64,000 nt of DNA, from contig NW_003314390.1 in the NCBI RefSeq assembly GCF_000143415.4, positions 86,973-150,972 of the forward strand. The letters are read 5' to 3'. Of the stretch, positions 21,420 through 32,580 are shown piece by piece; position 1 is the first letter of the stretch, and each line of letters opens with the position of its first letter. The DNA is from Selaginella moellendorffii (taxonomy: Eukaryota; Plantae; Lycopodiophyta). The translations under genes were made by a program, and so were the position numbers. Below the pieces are notes generated by a model. That model did no database searches. It was not told the origin of the DNA and saw nothing but the letters and a program-made list of their open reading frames with translations.

Positions 21420-22290
21420 TGGAATAACACCCGTCCACGACAATCTATCTCTTCTCTGCATTGAATCCAGCACGAATTAATCTTTAGGCATCTGGCTATG
21501 GCCCCAAATTCCCCCCAAAGAGTGTGTCAACCGAGGAGATCGCCCACCGGCATTGTATCAAAAGCATTGTCACCTTTATCAAAATGACCTTCTTGGGCAT
21601 ATGCTGCCTAGCAGCAGTTCCACGGCATCCAGCATGCTGCTAGATCCGAATGGTGCCAGCATTTCTCAGCGAGCACTACGTTCCAGGTGACCGCTGACAA
21701 AAGGATCCCGGGCACTGCTGCTGGTGTCGAGAAGCTGGACCTCTGGTGGCGCCTGCCGCATTTGCCATAGCTCAGGAGCAGCGAGATTGGTATCGTCACG
21801 CTGTCGATGATCTTGGGGGCGTTCTGCCATGTTCTTGGGTGATCACTCTTCGATCCAATCTATGACAATGCAGCGAATGGAGAGAGCTCGAAAGGCGCTA
21901 CAGGTAGTCTCTAGTGGTGCGATGGCCGAATTCCAAGGCCATGGAATTCGGCCAGCTAGATAGGGGACGTTGTTGTGTTTAAGCTCACTTTACGGATTTC
22001 ATGCAAGAGATCATGCAGGATTCCGGGACACACGGCTCTGTTCTATCGGCCTTCTTTCCAAGTCCAAAATGGTGGAGCTTGTTTCGTGGGATGATCAGTT
22101 GCTGGCCGTGGTAAGAATGCCCTTGGGTTTTTCGCGAGCACGAAGTTCGCCAAAAAGACTTCCAATGCTGCCACCTTTACGAAGATCCAAGCTCTGTCTG
22201 CAAGAAGAGGCTACTGGCAATCTTTCACGAGCTTCTTAGCCTCACGATCGAAAAGAGAGCTGCTTCTACAAGGTTCAGAGAATTGTTGCG
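21420..22290. pseudogene. Deletion-riddled third copy of the PPR(-)/PORR(+) head-to-head junction
   Basis: LLLSYGKCG on the minus strand, CTTCGATCCAA...ATGCAGCGA at the junction, and GTGGAGCTTGTTTCGTGGGAT and CTTTCACGAGC...CTCACGATCGAAAAGAGAGC on the plus strand. Confidence 0.8.
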
Positions 22291-22349
22291 TGCTCAAATG
22301 ATGACCGATGACCGGGTAGAGTCTGCTATGCTTTGAGCTTACTTCACAA

Positions 22350-22996
22350 GCTGTGGCTTTTAAGGGTGATCATAAGCCAATAAACATAGCATCACTAGAA
22401 CCAGGAAACACACAAGGTTTTAAGGATCTACGATCAAACATGAAGCACTTGCCTTGCCACGAGCTCTCTGCCGGCTGTGTCTCTTCCAAGTACCTGAGAA
22501 TTTCAGAAACCTTAGTCCACATTAAAACTCAAGCTAAACGTTGGATTCTCTGGGCATGGTGTAGAAAGCATTTCCTGAAAGGTTTCACGACTCGGCATTG
22601 CATCAAAAACATTCTTAGCTTGTTCCAAATGACCGAGGAGAGCGTATGCTGCAAGAGGATCGAGTTAAGAAGCTGGGTTCTTGATCAAACCCAGAGTTTC
22701 AGCGAATGCCGAGATGAGAGACGATTCATGCTGCGACACACGGCTCTGGAATCGGTGGATTGGAGACTTCACGGCCTTCGTGGGGAATGCTGATCTTGAA
22801 GCTTTCCCTGGGTGGTTGGAGCCTGTTTCGTGGGATCAGTGACTGAGCTGTGGATGTGGTTTAGTGATCATGTTCTATATGAAATTCTCGGTTTGAGCGT
22901 TTCCAAAGAAGTTGGAAGTTGACAACTTCCAATGCTGTCATCTTTACGAATACCCTAGAAGATCCAAGTAGTGAGACTAGCTAGTGAAAGGCAATT
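22350..22996. pseudogene. Further PPR fragment (-) and PORR fragment (+); the PORR relic resumes at 29227-29275 after an LTR insertion
   Basis: AAYALLGHLEQAKNVFDAMP on the minus strand. GTTTCGTGGGATCAGT, TTTCCAAAGAAGTT and CTTCCAATGC on the plus strand. Confidence 0.65.
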
Positions 22997-24425
22997 TGTC
23001 GCGAATGTAACTTTGGGTATCGAAAGTTATTTGTCGGCCAGTCCTTATGGACACTCTTTCCTTACTGCTATGACGGCAGGAGGTCGGTATTGCTAATACC
23101 CTTTATCAGTCCCTCTTGTGCTAGTGGAATTAACTGAGCATTTCAAGTGTATTTAGAACGGACGAGCATAAGGACAGAATTCCTACATGTTATTAGTTAA
23201 ACATATTTAGCCCGGTAAGGAGTTCCTATCTCGTTATGTCTTGCACTAGCTAGTGACAAAAACCCTCGCATATTGAGAGTAGTCCCTCAATATCACTGGA
23301 TGATAGCTTACCATGTCTGCCAAACACCCTCGCTATCATGCCCTTTGTGTTAGTCGCATTTTGGTCCCAAATGTTATTTATAGAAAGTGTCTAAATTTGC
23401 TCATTTGGCATATTTATAGAATGTAGAGATTCACCTGAAGTCCAAATTCGCAATCTAGCGCCATTCCATATTTAGTAAGTTTCAAGCTTGTCGCAAAAAC
23501 TAACTCCTAATACTAAAAGGGGCTTGGGGTGAAAGCCCAAAGCGTGTGTTCCTCAAGGGGGAAGGGGGGGGGGGGTTCCAAATGTATAGTAGGGATAGTG
23601 GGTAGGTTGGGCATGACTGACCAACTTGAGGCATATTCTAGCTCTCACTTGCGTGCTTGTCCTTGTTCTGCGTCCATCTTGGGTCTAAGCCCAAGTTCCA
23701 TACCATGCTAGCTGGTGGAGTACCCATATCCTCACATTAGGCCACCAGTATGCCAAAATAGCACCAGACTCCATTTGGCTCCATTTTGCGTGTTAGTCCT
23801 GGTATTGGGATGTTGGTTGCTCCAAAACTGTTCCAAGTCACTCTAGGCTCCTATCCCTTCGCTCCTTGGGCTGTATGCTAGGGAGTTGCTCTGTGGTTTA
23901 GTTCCGTCACTCCTTGGCTCCATGCTTGGGAGTTTGGCACCGTTCCTTCGCTCAGTGGCCCAAGGCCCTAAACCTCGGGTTGCGCACCACTATCCTTTGA
24001 ACATGTGGCATATGACATGTGGCATGTGTCACGTGGCATAAAGAGGGTTTAGGTTCCGCTTCGTGGTGTTATCCTATAGTAAAACACCATAGGATAAAGG
24101 GTCAAAACCATGTGTGCTACATTTGGTATCAGAGAATGAGTCTCGGCGAGTATTATCCTATGAGATTGGGCAACTAGTCTCGTTGCATACGTAGAGATGA
24201 AAACAATGATCCAAGTGGGTACACGTTTAGGTGCAAAGGCTTTGCAGTTGTTCCTTGGGTATGGATTTATTTACCTTGTTGTACCTTATGATGTGAGCTT
24301 GCTCTTGGGCTCATAGAATGGATTTGAAATGTTTCGTTTGCATAAGTTTGCACTTGGGCTTGTGAGTGAGGCACATTAGCAACTCAAGGTTACACTTTGA
24401 GTTGGCAGAGTTAATGTTAGCCTAT

Positions 24426-24511
24426 CAGTGGTTCCATGAGTTGTTCCAATGGTTCCATAAGTTGTTCCAGTGGTTCCATAAGTTGTTCCAGTGGTTCCAT
24501 AAGTTGTTCCA
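24426..24511. repeat. 21-bp tandem repeat x4
   Basis: CAGTGGTTCCATAAGTTGTTC units. Confidence 0.9.
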
Positions 24512-24595
24512 TGTACCATGGGTGAAAGTAAACCTTCCCTGGGTTTGCTATGAGTGGCAAATAGACTGGTCCGGTGCTATTTAGCATGGCACTAA

Positions 24596-25153
24596 CCCCT
24601 TTTCCAATTGGCTTAAGGGGAGAGAGATAAGGTGCGCTACAGTTGGTATCAGAGCAAATGGCACGGGTTCAATTCCCATTGATTAGTGGCTACTTAAAAG
24701 TATAATATACCCTTGCGCAAGGTATATTCCTACCCCTAAATTTGAAATCGTACGTATTGGGCATCCATGCGTACGTCCTTCCTCTTGTGTGGAGTATCCA
24801 CGGACGAAGGTATCCACCGTGGGACTGCAGTACGGGTGGATGACTAGTTGCCTCACATGGAATAGCTGGTCTACACAATGGAAGGATTGGTAGATTGAGT
24901 GCGGAAATGGAGGTGTTAGTTCCCCTTGGCTCAGTAGGGGTTATTAGTCAATAGTCAATGAGGACATTGACATCTCTGAAGGGGGGGTGAGTGTAGCACA
25001 TGTGATCATGGGATGAGATTTGAATATACTGTCACTATAGATCCTTGAAACCTTGGGAGATAAATGGGGATAAAATAGCCATTAAGGGCTCTCTCATCAA
25101 GCAATTGCCCCTTTTCCAGTTGGCTTAAGGGGAGAGAGATAAGGTGCGCTACA
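24596..25153 (+). mobile_element. TRIM family B, 5'-truncated copy
   Basis: Near-identical to 44281-44795, with PBS TGGTATCAGAGC, PPT GAAGGGGGGGTGAG and 3' LTR 24992-25153. Confidence 0.9.
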
Positions 25154-25195
25154 GTTGTGACTTCGGGTATCGAAAGTTACCTATCGCGACAGTCT

Positions 25196-28100
25196 TACAA
25201 ATGGTGAGTTGTGGGATGGATAGCGGTGAAGCGCTAAACCATTTTGTCTAGGCTTGCTATTGGAAAACTTGGTTGCAATGCTCAATTATTTTCCGGGGAA
25301 CCTTGCTATTGCTCCTTGAGTAGCTTGATATTGGATTAATTTTGAGTTTGGTCAGAAAGAGAGTGGCATAAGCTTATCCATGTTGTGAATAAAAGTTAGT
25401 GGTGTTGGGTGTTGTAAATTTCTATTAGTGGAGTGTGGCATTTATGTTGCATTTTATCGGATTGAGTTAGCACTTGATATTCACATAAACCTTTGAAGTA
25501 ATGACATGGACGTTGCTCGTGGTGTTGCTAAATTGATGATCAAGTTATTGTGATACTTATATCATAACCATGTGATAATGAGCAATGTGTTTACGAAGTT
25601 GCTTGGTTAAATGATGATCAACCCCAAAGTGGTTGATGGTGAAGCTAGTCTACTTGCACGAAGTAGCATTGTAGTAGTTTTGACTGAATTCTCAATAGTG
25701 GTCCATTATGCTAAGCTTAAGAGTATTCCTTAGTTCCTTGAGTTTGCCCATTGAGGTGTTGGAAAAGGTTATAACATTAATTTGTTATAGCTTGTTGGTT
25801 TATTCGTTAACACTTGGAGTAGATTGTTGGATGGAGAAGGTGTGTAGCTAAGGCATTGACATTGTTAGCACTTGTGTTAGTGGAATTGGCATTGTTATTT
25901 CAAATGATGAGGAATTTCCTTAGAACTTGATTTTCTATGTCATTTTTCTTGTTAGTGTTTTAGGCTTCACATTACATCTTGAAGGTGATTGAAAAAGAGT
26001 GTTAGTGCAATGTGGATATCCAAAGATATGATCTTCGTGATCAAGCTTTAGATGTTCATTTTGCATTTTGCAGATGTCGGTGTTGAATATCAAAATATGG
26101 GCATGATGTTCAACACTTTTATAATCATCATGTTGAACATCAAAGTTCAACATACTGTGGGTCATGAGAATTTGTGTTGAGGTGAACCTATGTGAAGTTG
26201 ATAGTAGGAGGAAGTTGGTTGAGTTTTGAAAGTTTGCATTTCTAGACTAAGAGTCATTCTTTCTCTAGAATAGAAAATTTTTCACAAATTTTCTTAGACT
26301 TTTCCAGTGGCTGATTTGTTGATCACTTTACCTAAAAATCATTTCATTTTCGTAAGCCAATACAAACTAGTGAAGGGGTTGGAGTTGACTTTCGTTGGCT
26401 TAGACTTTAGTAGGTAGGTTTTATGATGTGGCCTAAAAGGGATATTAACTTTTAGGCTTAAAACAATTGAGTTGGATAGAGTCTAGAGTTGGTGTAGAAA
26501 AGTGGTCGTTGCACTTTTCTAGAAGGGTGACTTTTGTGCCTTTCTTCTGTAGTGTTGTGCTTGGTGGCAGGTTGCATCTCACATTTCATTAAGACTTTAT
26601 AATAGTAATAAGCTCCCACTGATCTTGACTTAGTCTTGGTAGCCCTACGCCTTAGCTAAGGATGGTGATGTCCAACTTAATTGTTTGAGGTTGAGATGTT
26701 GATACCCGTACTATAGCTTTGTTTATGAGGAGGTTGTGTACTAGTATGAATCCATCTTATAGTCTTCACTTTAGTTTTGACTAAGTGTTGATCATGCATA
26801 ATTAGCCTCTTCAAGGCATGCTCAAAGCTGTTGGCTAAATGCATTGGTGAGCATATTGCGGTTGAGTTGGATTTGAGTGGTCATTTAGTTTGTGCTTGTC
26901 CATGAATCTTTATTTCGTACCTAGTATATTATGTTCATGTTGGATAAGTGTATAACTCAATGATGTGAGTTTAGTGTTTAGGTCTTGTGAAAGGCAAGTT
27001 GAAAAGTGATTGTTGGTTGCTTTGCAACTAGTGATTGCTTGTAGATTTTGTCGAAGACTGTGACACTTGCTTCATTTGATAATGATTCAGCAGTGATGGG
27101 CTTGCTTTACTGGATGGTGTTGAGGAGGATCGTGTCATTAAACTTATATGGTTTTCCATGTTGGTATGTTGACTCTACTTCTGTCGATATCATTTGGTTG
27201 CATTTAATTCGTAGTGTTAGATTTCATTAAGTCTTGGATGTGGTGAATCACTCCTTGATAATGTATTATCTGTAACTGAGTTTTGCTGAAGAACTTATCT
27301 CAGATATTGACTAAAGTATCTTTGACTTTGGTTAGCTTGATTGAAAAAGAGTTTTGAGTGAAGATTCACTCTCGCTTTCTTATAGTTTTGTCCTAGTATT
27401 AATAGTATTGAAGTGATGCTCTATCATTGATATTATTGATGTTAAGACTCGAGTGAAATGAGATGTTTTTCCGTAAGATTGACATTGAGTTTCATTAGTC
27501 TCGATGAAGATAGTATTGATAGTTTGGCTATAGCTTTGTGTTATTAGCATTCGTGCATTAGCTAGATAGCAGCAATATTGACGTTTAAATAAACTGAGTG
27601 GGAAGTTTGAGTTAGTTGTGTTCTAGATGACATTGTTTAGTAGAGGTTGAGCTTTAGCTTTTCCTTGAAAAGTGATTTAGTCGTGAACTATGCTAGCTTT
27701 ACAAGAGGAAAGGTTAGTGATCGATATTAAAATGTTTGAATCTATGTTGGATTTGAGTTGGAATATATTGATCATTGATGATTCTTCTTATGCTTGTTAT
27801 GAAGTGAGTTACGTTTTGTAATAGATGAATTCATGGAGGATCGTTTAGTGATCATTTATTGAGCATAACTTCGTTATGCTTAGCTTTTGGATTAATGCGG
27901 ATATGCTTTTCATTAGCTTTGGCATTATGAAGTTTAGCTTATGGATATGTTGAGGGGGATATTGTGGGTTGTACCATGATATTTTCTTTAGCATTGAAGT
28001 TAGTTTATGCATAACTTGTGATCATTATTGGGAAAGACTTAACTATAGGCTTCTTCGAGCTTTTGGTTCCTTGAGCTTTCATGCTTATGATCTATTTGTT

Positions 28101-28752
28101 AGAAGTTGTTAGGGAAGGCATTTTAGCCCATAGCTTCGATGTTGAAGTTAATATTTGCATCTTGCAATCATTGGTTATGATTGACTATCATCTAGGATAA
28201 TTGATTATCCTTGTCAAAAGGTTTTGCTTGATTGTTGTTGATATAGAATGATTTGTTGTTCTTCGGGATGATGCATTCTTTCTCCAATAATGATTATACA
28301 TTTCTCTATTGATAGAATGATTGATGATTTTTCATGGTGGTTAGTTGTTCTCTTTGATGGCTTATGGTTTCTCACAATACCACATGTTCTTTGTGGTTTG
28401 CTTTAAATTGGTCTCTTGGGTTTGAGACATCACTAATGCTTGCTTGAGCAACTCTTGTTCCTTGGTATTATTGACTGGGATCTATTTAAATTGACTAGTG
28501 TGATAATTGCCATGAATGAGTGTTTGTTAGTCTTACCACATTTATTCTGTTCTGTTGATTGTTGCTCGAGTTAGTTCTGATATATTGGGATGTTATTTCC
28601 TTCAAATGATACATTCGCAAGCATCTTGTTTACTAGTCAATAATATTTTATGTTCTTTGAGTTATCTTTGGTAAGTTGTTTGACATACTATCTACCATCT
28701 TCAATAGTTAAATTTCATCATTGAGTTCCTTGATGATATATTTGTTATTGTT
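25196..28752 (-). other. Unidentified 3.5-kb degenerate insert with strong strand bias
   Basis: G/T-rich on the plus strand with many stops. It replaces the middle of the family-A 3' LTR. I recognised no RT, INT or transposase motif. Confidence 0.4.
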
Positions 28753-29329
28753 CTTCTCGCTTGCGTGCCTGTTCTTGTTCTGCGTCCGGCTTGGGTCTAA
28801 GCCCAAGTTCCATACCATGCTAGCTAGTGGAGTACCCATATCCTCACGTTAGGCCACTAGTATGCCGAAATAGCACTAGACTCTATTTAACTCCGTTTTC
28901 CGTACTGGTCCTGGTATTGGGATGTTAGTTGCTCTAGGACTGTTCTAAATCGCTCCAAGGTCCTGTCCCTTCGCTCCTTGGGTTTTATGCTAGGGAGTTG
29001 CTCCGTGGTCCGGTTCCGTCACTCCTTAGCTCCATGCTTGGGAGTTTAGCATTGTTCCTTCGTTCAGTGGCCTAAGGCCCTGAACCTCCAGTTCCGCACC
29101 ACTGTCTTTTGGACACGTGGCATATGACACGTGGCATGTATCACATGGTATAAAGAGGGTTTGCTTTGAGGTGTTATCCTATGGTAAATCACCGTAGGAT
29201 AAAGGGTCAAAGCCACATGTGCTACATAATCTTTGACGAGTTTCTCAGCCTCACGATTGATCGAAAAGAGAGCAAAACAGCTAATATGTCTGCTAGGGAG
29301 CAGCTTACAGCAAGGTGACATAGCCCAAT

Positions 29330-29981
29330 GAGAGCCAAACTAATATCTCAGCTAGTCAGACATGCATTCCAACCACTATCTCTACTATACATTTGGAGAT
29401 AGTCCCCCCTCGAAGAACATAAGCTTTGGGCTTTCACCCCATGCCTCCCTTAGTACCATAACTTAGTCTCTGGGACAAACTTGAAACTTATTAAATATGA
29501 AATATCCCTAGATTGTGAATTTGGACACAGGATGAACATCATTGTGTTCAAGACAATCTCTACATTTTGTAGATATGTCAAATGAGCAAATCTAGACATT
29601 TTTCATAATTAGCATTTAAGACTGAAATAAAATTAATATAAAGGGCATGATAGTGAGGGTGTTTGGCAAACATGGTAAGCTATCATCCAGTGATATTGTA
29701 ATCTCAATACGCAAAGGTTCTTGTCATTAGCCAATGCAAGATATAACGAGATGGGAACTCCTTACCAGGCTAAGTATGCTTAACTAATAACATGTAGGAA
29801 TTCCATCCTTATGCTCATCTGGCTAAGTACACTTAAAATCCCCAATTAACTCTACTAGCACAAGAGGGGCTACCAAAGGGATCCAACTGTACCAACCTCC
29901 TGCCTTTACGACAGTAAGGAAAGAGTGTCCATAAGGACTGATTGACAAATATCTTTTGATACCTGAAATCACATTTGCGAC
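29330..29981 (-). mobile_element. Inverted partial LTR of family A (5' half)
   Basis: Reverse complement matches 22997-23645 and ends ...CACATTTGCGACA. Confidence 0.85.
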
Positions 29982-30675
29982 AGATGGATAGAATCGAATG
30001 AGAGCAGACCATGTGTTTTAAAAAGGTAAAACAAAATCCCTTTCCTATCTTAAACCTAAACTTGTTAAGAAAGGGATGGATTTATCTTTAGGATATATGT
30101 AAAAACCTCATCCACCCAACATTTTTATATCTTCCCTTACATGAAATCTTTCATTCAACATTATTTCATCACGTAATGTTTACTTTAATACATTCCCATC
30201 ATTATTACCATTACCTCAAGGCATCTCTGGAACATTATTAAAATATTAAATATTTTTAAAAACATGAACGTGTTAAACACTTATTTAATTATTCAACTAA
30301 ATATATCACATTTAACTATTTTAATGAACTCAAACTAGTATATAAATATTTGTTAAAAGTTTATGTATGGTCATTATCCTGAAAATGCATTTGTTAGGCT
30401 AGATTGCCCATTCAAGGTAGTAACAACTTTACTTAGGTTATTAATTTATTTATCCATATACATTTTCTTAAAATTATATATTAATTAAAAATTATTTAAT
30501 TTTCTAAGCATATTTAATAGCATATTTGATCTATTAAAACTAACCAAATATTAGAACTTAATTATTTATTATTCTCTCAGAGAACTTTGCTGGTTTGCAA
30601 CTTGCAACTTGGCACTTGCAGCAAGTTTTCTTGAGTGCAATCTGGCCCTCTCTCAAATTCCCTTCAAAAGAATAA

Positions 30676-32161
30676 GTAAGAAATGCACAATACAACACCC
30701 CTCACTCTTACGTGGTTGCCCCTTTGCCACGCTGACTCCTCGCTTCCTCTGTGGTGCGCTTAGTCACGCCCAGCTCTGCACCTTAAATGTTTAACAACTA
30801 ACTCTAAATTAGTAACTTTAAACTTTAATTAGTAGATGTTATTAATGGATATGTTAACGACTATAATTTTATAATTAGCCAGTGAATGAATGGCTATAAT
30901 TTATAAGTATATAACCTACAATTGGTTTAGGTTTTTCCTCATTGTGTTTTATGTTTGTGCTCCTTATATTTTCTTTCTTATTTTATTCATTCTCTTTAGT
31001 ATTATGGCTAGATTGGAATATGTAGATCATGCTCAAGATAGTATTCTTTCTTTTTCTGATCTTATTGATAGAACTAATAGTAAAGTAAATTCTTTTAGTT
31101 TTTGTATTATGGTTGGTCTTCTTCCACAAGAGAGAGAATATGAAAGATGTCATCGACCAATGAGATATCGATCTGATAATCAAGGTTGTAAAGATGGTTT
31201 AAAGTGGAATTGTAAAAATTGCAATACCACAAGATCTCTTAGAACTAATACATGGTTTGCAAATAGTAATCTCACATTTGCTCAAATGCTTAGAATGATG
31301 TATTGTTGGTGCATTAAAATGCCACAAGATCAAGCTCGTATTGAGTGTAGTATTTAAAGTGAGCATACAACAACAAATTGGTATAACTTTTGTCGTGATA
31401 TTTGTGTTATCACATTACAACAAGGTAGTCAAAAGATTAATGGTCCAGGAAGAATTGTGGAAATTAATGAAAGTAAGTTTGGTAAGTGGAAATATAATAT
31501 TGGTAGAAGAGTAGAAGGTCAATGGGTCTTTGGAGGAATTGAACGTGATTCAGATTGAATGTCTATGGTTCCAGTGGCCAATTGTACTACACAAACTTTA
31601 ACTGATATATTATATACATATGTTGAACCAAGTAAGTTCTATTTCTATTATTATTCTTAACTAATAATTATAATTAATTTTTTTAGGAACAATTATATAT
31701 AGTGATTGTTGGGCTGGTTATGTTTCAGAGTGGTTGAATCAATTGAACTTCACTCATCATACAGTCAACCACTCTCAGAATTTTGTTGATCCCATGATTG
31801 GAATTCATACAAATTGTATTGAATTAATATGGAATGCAGTGAAAAAATCCCTTCCTTGCTATGGTACAACAAAAGAATTATATAGCTTTTACTTTCAAGA
31901 ATATATTTGGCGAAAAATATATATTGAAAGAAAGGAAGCTGCATTTAATATTCTATGCAGTCATATTAAGCTATACAATCAAGATAATGCTGTTATAGTA
32001 GAATAAATAATATATTTGATTTTGTACTTTTAAATACTTAAAAATAGTTGAAAATAATATACTAGAACAATCTTTAATTTACAGTAATGAGGTGGCATGT
32101 ATGAGGTGGCAAACGGGGCCCACCCTAAATAAGGGGGAGTGCTGTATTATGCATTCTACCC
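30676..32161 (+). mobile_element. Merlin (IS1016/IS1595-family) DNA transposon
   Basis: 8-bp TSD AAGAATAA (30668-30675 and 32162-32169). Imperfect TIRs share AATGCAYAATACARCAC...TTTGCCAC. The empty site is at 13421-13428. Confidence 0.9.
31004..32006 (+). pseudogene. Merlin/ISXO2-like DDE transposase with a spliceosomal intron and premature stops
   Basis: Zn ribbon (ERC...WNCKNC...SLRTNTWF), GPGRIVEINESKFG, GQWVFGGIER, intron 31632-31686 (GTAAG...TTTAG), TIIYSDCWAGY and HHTVNHSQNFVDP..GIHTNCIELIW. Confidence 0.88.
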
Positions 32162-32236
32162 AAGAATAAATCCTAGTTCGCCCACCAGGCCTACACGGCA
32201 CACCACAGTATTGACATCCAGCTCGCAAAATGAAGC

Positions 32237-32550
32237 TCATCTTGTTCTGCCATCCCCTGTTGCTACCACCAGATCGGCTGCGTCGCCACCGCCTTGCCTG
32301 CGAGGTCGATGAGCGAATCTGCGAATCAGCTCCTTGAATTTTATCGTGTCAAGAACGGGGAAGTCCTGGCTGCATCGGCGTGCCTGGAGAGGATGAACTC
32401 GGATGGAGACGAAGATTTCGCGCGCGCTCTGGGCTCCCGATACAATCTCGATGAGGCGATTGGAGAGAAATGTGTCGCAATCCCTGCCATGAAACCGTTG
32501 CCGCATCAATCTCATTCGCCCTCATCGCAACTCTTGATAAGCTCCTCCCT
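32237..32550 (-). pseudogene. PPR N-terminal relic, copy 2
   Basis: GRDCDTFLSNRLIE...AREIF. Confidence 0.65.
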
Positions 32551-32580
32551 AGAATCCCAAGAAAAGAGAATATCAAGAAC

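Larger units (their letters stand above)
22997..29226 (+). mobile_element. Non-autonomous LTR element (family A), nested and rearranged
   Basis: 5' LTR 22997-24121 (TG...CA) followed by PBS TGGTATCAGAG (tRNA-iMet). The 3' LTR survives as pieces at ~25154-25195 and 28753-29226. Degenerate TSD CAATT/TAATC within a PORR relic. Confidence 0.8.

Noticed and set aside
24426-24511. CRISPR-like array or QWFHKLF repeat protein
   Set aside because: Head-to-tail 21-mers without spacers inside an LTR element, in a eukaryotic context.
26100-28210. Possible RdRp motifs (HDD; DKDNQ resembling QGDNQ) in the unknown insert
   Set aside because: The matches need ad hoc edits and the flanking motifs are absent, so no viral call is supportable by eye.
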